Of a DNA stretch of 59,423 nucleotides, positions 55,425 to 59,423 are shown one piece after another. The first letter of the stretch is position 1. The number at the start of each line of letters is the position of its first letter. The position numbers were made by a program, and so were the translations under genes. The DNA is from a virus: IMG/VR virus record IMGVR_UViG_3300000271_000010, positions 72,958 through 132,380 of that record; one strand, 5' to 3'. The notes below the pieces were generated by a model. It saw only the letters and a program-made list of their open reading frames with translations, was not told where the DNA came from and searched no databases.

Positions 55425-58400
55425 ATGCCAACCACCCCCATCCTCGGTATCACGCAGGTCTCGACTTCCCAAAATGGAAAAGAGACCACGATCAACGACG
55501 CCATTCTGGCGTTGGAAAACGCGACCAACGCCAAGTTGGCCGTGTCGTTGGCGGCTGGTAACGTCACTCTCAGTGTCCCCGAAGCAACCCGGAACTTTAT
55601 CTTCACGGTCGCCGGGGCTACAGGAGCTAGCGAACTTCTCTTCCCGACCGAGGTAAACAGCAACCCCTACGATCGGGTGATTGTTGTCAGAAACGTGAGC
55701 GGCCACGGTCTGACCGTGCGCTTCGCGACGGGATCAGGCAGCACCGTCACAATCCCTAATGGCGAATCGCGCTTGATCAGCGCCGCTGATGGGACGGATA
55801 TGACTGTAGCGGCTGAGCCCGCAAGCGTGGTTACCTTCCTGTCCCTAACGGACGCACCTGATAGCTACACCGGACAGACCGGCCGGTTCCTATCGGTCAA
55901 TGTTGCGGAAAATGCGTTAGAGTTCGCGGACGCGGCTGTATTCCCCACTTTGACTGGTAACGCTAATAAGTTCCTCAGGGTAAACTCCGGAGCCAGTGGT
56001 GTTGAGTGGGCTGTGGTGGATTTCGCCGGAGCATTCACCGAACTAACTGACGCACCTTCAAGCTATGCAGGGCAAGGCGGTAAGCTGGTCCGCGTCAACG
56101 ACCTAGCAACGGGTCTGGAGTTCGTTGAGGCGGCTGACGCCGAGGCGGTAAACTATCAGCAAGCCGAGAAATGGCGTATCTTCCTGCTTGAGCCGGGCGT
56201 CTGGCCGGAAAACCCACCGGGTGTTGAGCCGGGCGATCCTGAATATATCGAGGCCACCGATCAAGTTGGTTTTGGTGAGATCGAGTTTCTGGACCAAGAC
56301 GGGATTGACCTGACGGGAACAGGGACTGCAACTGCTTCTAACTTCCTTACGGGAAGCGAGCCGAGCCGCGCCTTTAATAATAGCACCGTAGCCGCCGATG
56401 GTTGGCTCACGGAGGAATCCTACGTCGGCGATGTATGGATCGAATACGACTTCGGGGCACCGGTAGCTCCTCGTCGTGTGGTTCTGACCCCAATCACTGA
56501 GTTCCCACAATATGGCACCACACGCTTCCTTATCCAGTATTGGGATGGCAGCGCGTGGATCAGCCTAGGGGATCGCTCACCGGCTCCTTGGGAATCGGGT
56601 GTCTCTCAGTCGTTTAAGATTAACGGCGTCCCTTTGGATTTTCTGGACGAGGCTCCAGAAAACGGATCGCTCTATGGTCGGATCGATGGTGCATGGTTGA
56701 AGATCAACGCCGAAGTCGTTTCGGTCAACACGACCTCCAACAATCTCGATGCGACACAGACGTTTCAATACCGCCGCTACACAAATGCGGGAACCAAAAC
56801 CCTTAACATCCGGACCAACGCAGATCATGCGATGCCGGCTGACGGGGAATGGTATGTCTACAACGCTGTAGGGGCCGCTCTGAGCATCGTCCCGGCCGGT
56901 GGTGTCACTGTGAACGCACCGGCGGGCGGGTCTCTGATTGTGCCTCTCAATGGCACCGTGCGGATCAAGCGCGTCGCTGTGGATGTCTACGATGTCTACG
57001 GCGATACCGTGTCTTCGGAAGGAGGCAGCGCTGAGGATATTCCGCCGATCATCGGAAATGCGAATAAGGTCCTTGCGGTCAAGGCAGATGTAAGTGGGAT
57101 CGAGTGGATCGTCCCGCCGGCAACCTATACCGATGAGAATGCTAGAGACGCCATCGCAGCCGCACTTGTGGCTGGAACCAACGTCACCATCACCAATAAC
57201 GACGCCGCGAATACGATCACGATCTCGGCTGCTTCTATCGGCCTGAACGCCGAGGAAGTCCGGGATACAATCGGAACAGCATTGCGGGGTTCTGGTAACA
57301 TCTCAGTGTCGGTGAATGACGGTGCGGACACGATCACGGTCTCTACCTCTGCTCTGGACGCCGAGGGTGTCCGAGACACCATAGGTGCGTGTCTTGTCGC
57401 GGGCGAGAACATCCTAATCTCTGTTAACGACACGGCCAACACGATTACCGTAGCAGCCAGCATGGATCAAGAGGTGATCCGTGATACGGTAGCTACTGCA
57501 CTGGTGGCCGGAAGCAACATTCTGATCACCCATGATGATGTTGCCAACACGATTACGATCGACTCGCTGGGAGGCGGCGGAGGCGGCGGCTTAGATGCCG
57601 AACAAGTTCGTGACTTAGTTGGATCGTCGTTGGTGGCTGGCTCCAACGTCACTATCACTGTCGATGATGGTGCGGATACGATCACAATCGAAGCAGCACC
57701 TACCGATCCGGAAGTCGTGCGTGACACGGTTGCTTCGACGCTGGTGGCTGGAACCAACGTCACCATTACCAACAACGACGTGGCGAACACGATAACCGTC
57801 GCAGCCGCGATGGACCAAGAGGTCATTCGCGACACGATCGGGACAGCATTGGTTGCTGGTAGTGGTATCACAGTCACCGTCAATGATGCTGGTAACTCGA
57901 TCACCATCGCAGCAACAGGTGGCGGCGGATCGACTGACCCGGAAACTGTGCGGGATATTATCGGGACTGCTCTGGTCGCTGGTAGCAATATCACGATCAC
58001 CGTCAACGATCTAGGCGACACAATCACCATCGCAGCATCAGGTGGTCTGGATGCCGAAGCCGTGCGTGACACGATCGGGACTGCACTGGTCGCCGGCACC
58101 AACGTAACGATCGATGTCAACGATGCAGCGAACACGATCACAGTCAACGCGACAACCAATGCTGAAACTGTCCGAGATACCATGGGAACTGCGCTCGTGG
58201 CTGGGCGTGGGATCGCGATAACCGTCAACGACGCAGCAGACACGATTACCCTTGGAAACACGTTCAGTGAGAGCTTCGAGGTCTCAACAACAGCCGAGAA
58301 CCTAGTCAACAGCGATGCTGGTCGTTACCAGCGCTGGACCAACAGCGCAGCCAAGACTCTGACTGTGCGCCCGAACGCGACCGCAGCAATCGATCAAGAT

Positions 58401-58580
58401 GCCGAGTTCTACATCTCAAATCGAGCAGCCACAGGTAACTTGACATTGGCAGAAGGCTCCGGTGTCACGATCAACCCACCAAGTGGAGGGTCGCTGGTTC
58501 TCGAACCGGGAATGGTGGCTACGCTTAAGCGTGTGGCTGTAAACATTTATGACCTCTTGGGTCACACAGTGCCAGCATGA
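55425..58580 (+). CDS. tail fibre / receptor-binding protein
   Basis: LTDAPxSYxG repeats, a discoidin-like segment (RAFNN..WIEYDFG), ten ~37-aa repeats and a duplicated terminal-type domain. Confidence 0.85.
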   Translation: MPTTPILGITQVSTSQNGKETTINDAILALENATNAKLAVSLAAGNVTLSVPEATRNFIFTVAGATGASELLFPTEVNSNPYDRVIVVRNVSGHGLTVRFATGSGSTVTIPNGESRLISAADGTDMTVAAEPASVVTFLSLTDAPDSYTGQTGRFLSVNVAENALEFADAAVFPTLTGNANKFLRVNSGASGVEWAVVDFAGAFTELTDAPSSYAGQGGKLVRVNDLATGLEFVEAADAEAVNYQQAEKWRIFLLEPGVWPENPPGVEPGDPEYIEATDQVGFGEIEFLDQDGIDLTGTGTATASNFLTGSEPSRAFNNSTVAADGWLTEESYVGDVWIEYDFGAPVAPRRVVLTPITEFPQYGTTRFLIQYWDGSAWISLGDRSPAPWESGVSQSFKINGVPLDFLDEAPENGSLYGRIDGAWLKINAEVVSVNTTSNNLDATQTFQYRRYTNAGTKTLNIRTNADHAMPADGEWYVYNAVGAALSIVPAGGVTVNAPAGGSLIVPLNGTVRIKRVAVDVYDVYGDTVSSEGGSAEDIPPIIGNANKVLAVKADVSGIEWIVPPATYTDENARDAIAAALVAGTNVTITNNDAANTITISAASIGLNAEEVRDTIGTALRGSGNISVSVNDGADTITVSTSALDAEGVRDTIGACLVAGENILISVNDTANTITVAASMDQEVIRDTVATALVAGSNILITHDDVANTITIDSLGGGGGGGLDAEQVRDLVGSSLVAGSNVTITVDDGADTITIEAAPTDPEVVRDTVASTLVAGTNVTITNNDVANTITVAAAMDQEVIRDTIGTALVAGSGITVTVNDAGNSITIAATGGGGSTDPETVRDIIGTALVAGSNITITVNDLGDTITIAASGGLDAEAVRDTIGTALVAGTNVTIDVNDAANTITVNATTNAETVRDTMGTALVAGRGIAITVNDAADTITLGNTFSESFEVSTTAENLVNSDAGRYQRWTNSAAKTLTVRPNATAAIDQDAEFYISNRAATGNLTLAEGSGVTINPPSGGSLVLEPGMVATLKRVAVNIYDLLGHTVPA

Positions 58581-59423
58581 TGGGATTATCTGCACTGGGG
58601 ATCATCGCCCAGCAAGCATTTATGAATCTGGTAGATGCTGGGCCCTCAGAAATCGAGTATGTGGGCGGGAAGACGTTTGCCACAAACTCGACTTATTCCG
58701 AGGTTACTTTTACAGGGCTTACTGGAGGGATTCAGTCATCCCCATCAGTGGGGGATTTCTTCATAATCGTGGTCTCTGGTAGATCGAACGGGACGTATTA
58801 CCCCGGTCTTTCGGCGGTTGGTATGATTCGTAAATACAGTGGAACGGCTGATGATATCTCTGACGTTGGTATTACTATAGGTTATGGCTTCTATGAAGAG
58901 GCTTCGGCAGGTAGTATTACGTATGGCGGCGGGACAGAAGCTATTGTTCAGGTAAATGTGTATCGCGGTGTAGACCCTACATCACCGATGGATTCTTCTC
59001 CTACAGGGTTTAATATGGCTGTTGATAGCAACAGCCCTGACCCTCTACCAATCCTTCCTATTAACGACAAAAGCAGAATTATCGTAATTGGAGCCGCCTC
59101 GAATAACAACGGTGCTGATTACACCGCCCCTGCTGGGACTACACTAAAAACGGCTGACAGTGTTACAGCGGCGAGCGCATTGGTCGATCGTGTTTGGAAC
59201 ACAGGGGAGGGAGTGTTTGATCCACCAACGTTTGTTGGAACAGGATCAGCAACTAATTCTTCTTCCGGTGCTTTTACTATGGTCTTGCGACCAGAAGGGT
59301 CACCTGAAAGACATCCATTGAATATTTCACGACTTGGTTCTTACGTAATTAGAAATCCAACACCTAATAACCTAGTGTTTAGTCTAAAGGGTTACTTAAT
59401 TCATAACCAGATTATTAGTAACC
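58577..59423 (+). CDS. probable tail fibre-associated protein, truncated by the window end
   Basis: ATGA-coupled; frame MMGLSALGIIAQQAF... is open to the end of the window; G/S/T-rich and lower GC. Confidence 0.7.
   Translation, partial: MMGLSALGIIAQQAFMNLVDAGPSEIEYVGGKTFATNSTYSEVTFTGLTGGIQSSPSVGDFFIIVVSGRSNGTYYPGLSAVGMIRKYSGTADDISDVGITIGYGFYEEASAGSITYGGGTEAIVQVNVYRGVDPTSPMDSSPTGFNMAVDSNSPDPLPILPINDKSRIIVIGAASNNNGADYTAPAGTTLKTADSVTAASALVDRVWNTGEGVFDPPTFVGTGSATNSSSGAFTMVLRPEGSPERHPLNISRLGSYVIRNPTPNNLVFSLKGYLIHNQIISN

Noticed and set aside
27323-58309. Long minus-strand ORFs (e.g. 30639..31586, 34087..35109, 38175..39353, 57467..58309)
   Set aside because: Antisense shadows of codon-biased + strand genes, with no motifs or RBS.
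47735-59423. Diversity-generating retroelement or invertase-based tail switching
   Set aside because: No reverse transcriptase or recombinase, no adenine-specific TR/VR pair seen, and both tail copies are in direct orientation.
1-59423. tRNA or rRNA genes
   Set aside because: No cloverleaf or rRNA-like sequence was recognised by eye; tRNAscan-SE would be needed to exclude them.

Overview
The window is part of a large tailed (siphovirus-type) phage genome, almost certainly infecting an alphaproteobacterium. Nearly all genes are on the + strand. Left part (1-5046): hypothetical genes, a RuvC-like resolvase, TerS and TerL. Right part (27.3-59.4 kb): PhoH, a CarF/TMEM189-type lipid desaturase, portal, scaffold, major capsid, head-tail genes, tail tube, a frameshifted tail chaperone, tape measure, GTA-like tail-tip genes, a tandemly duplicated tail-tip module and tail fibres. 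Between TerL and PhoH (about 5.05-27.3 kb) is an array of about 35 small transcription cassettes. A typical cassette reads: CtrA-like box (G/T)TAA-N7-TTAA joined to GGTTAAC/CCTTAAC, a TTAACCAT half-site, a sigma70-like promoter (TGGAAAAAGTGC-TTGACC ... CCTAGAAAC) carrying two GANTC sites in a CGAATC[A/G] context (the CcrM/GcrA motif), a GGAGA RBS, 1-3 small ORFs and a hairpin terminator. Cargo includes a SciP (CtrA inhibitor, DUF1153) homologue, an ArfA-like plus Rmf-like pair, and three lipobox micropeptides that overlap terminators. My best candidate for a new system is a host-takeover cassette array wired to, and feeding back on, the host CtrA/GcrA/CcrM cell-cycle circuit. All family calls come from recognising motifs by eye; no database search was run. 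Starts of many cassette ORFs were corrected to the codon following the conserved RBS.
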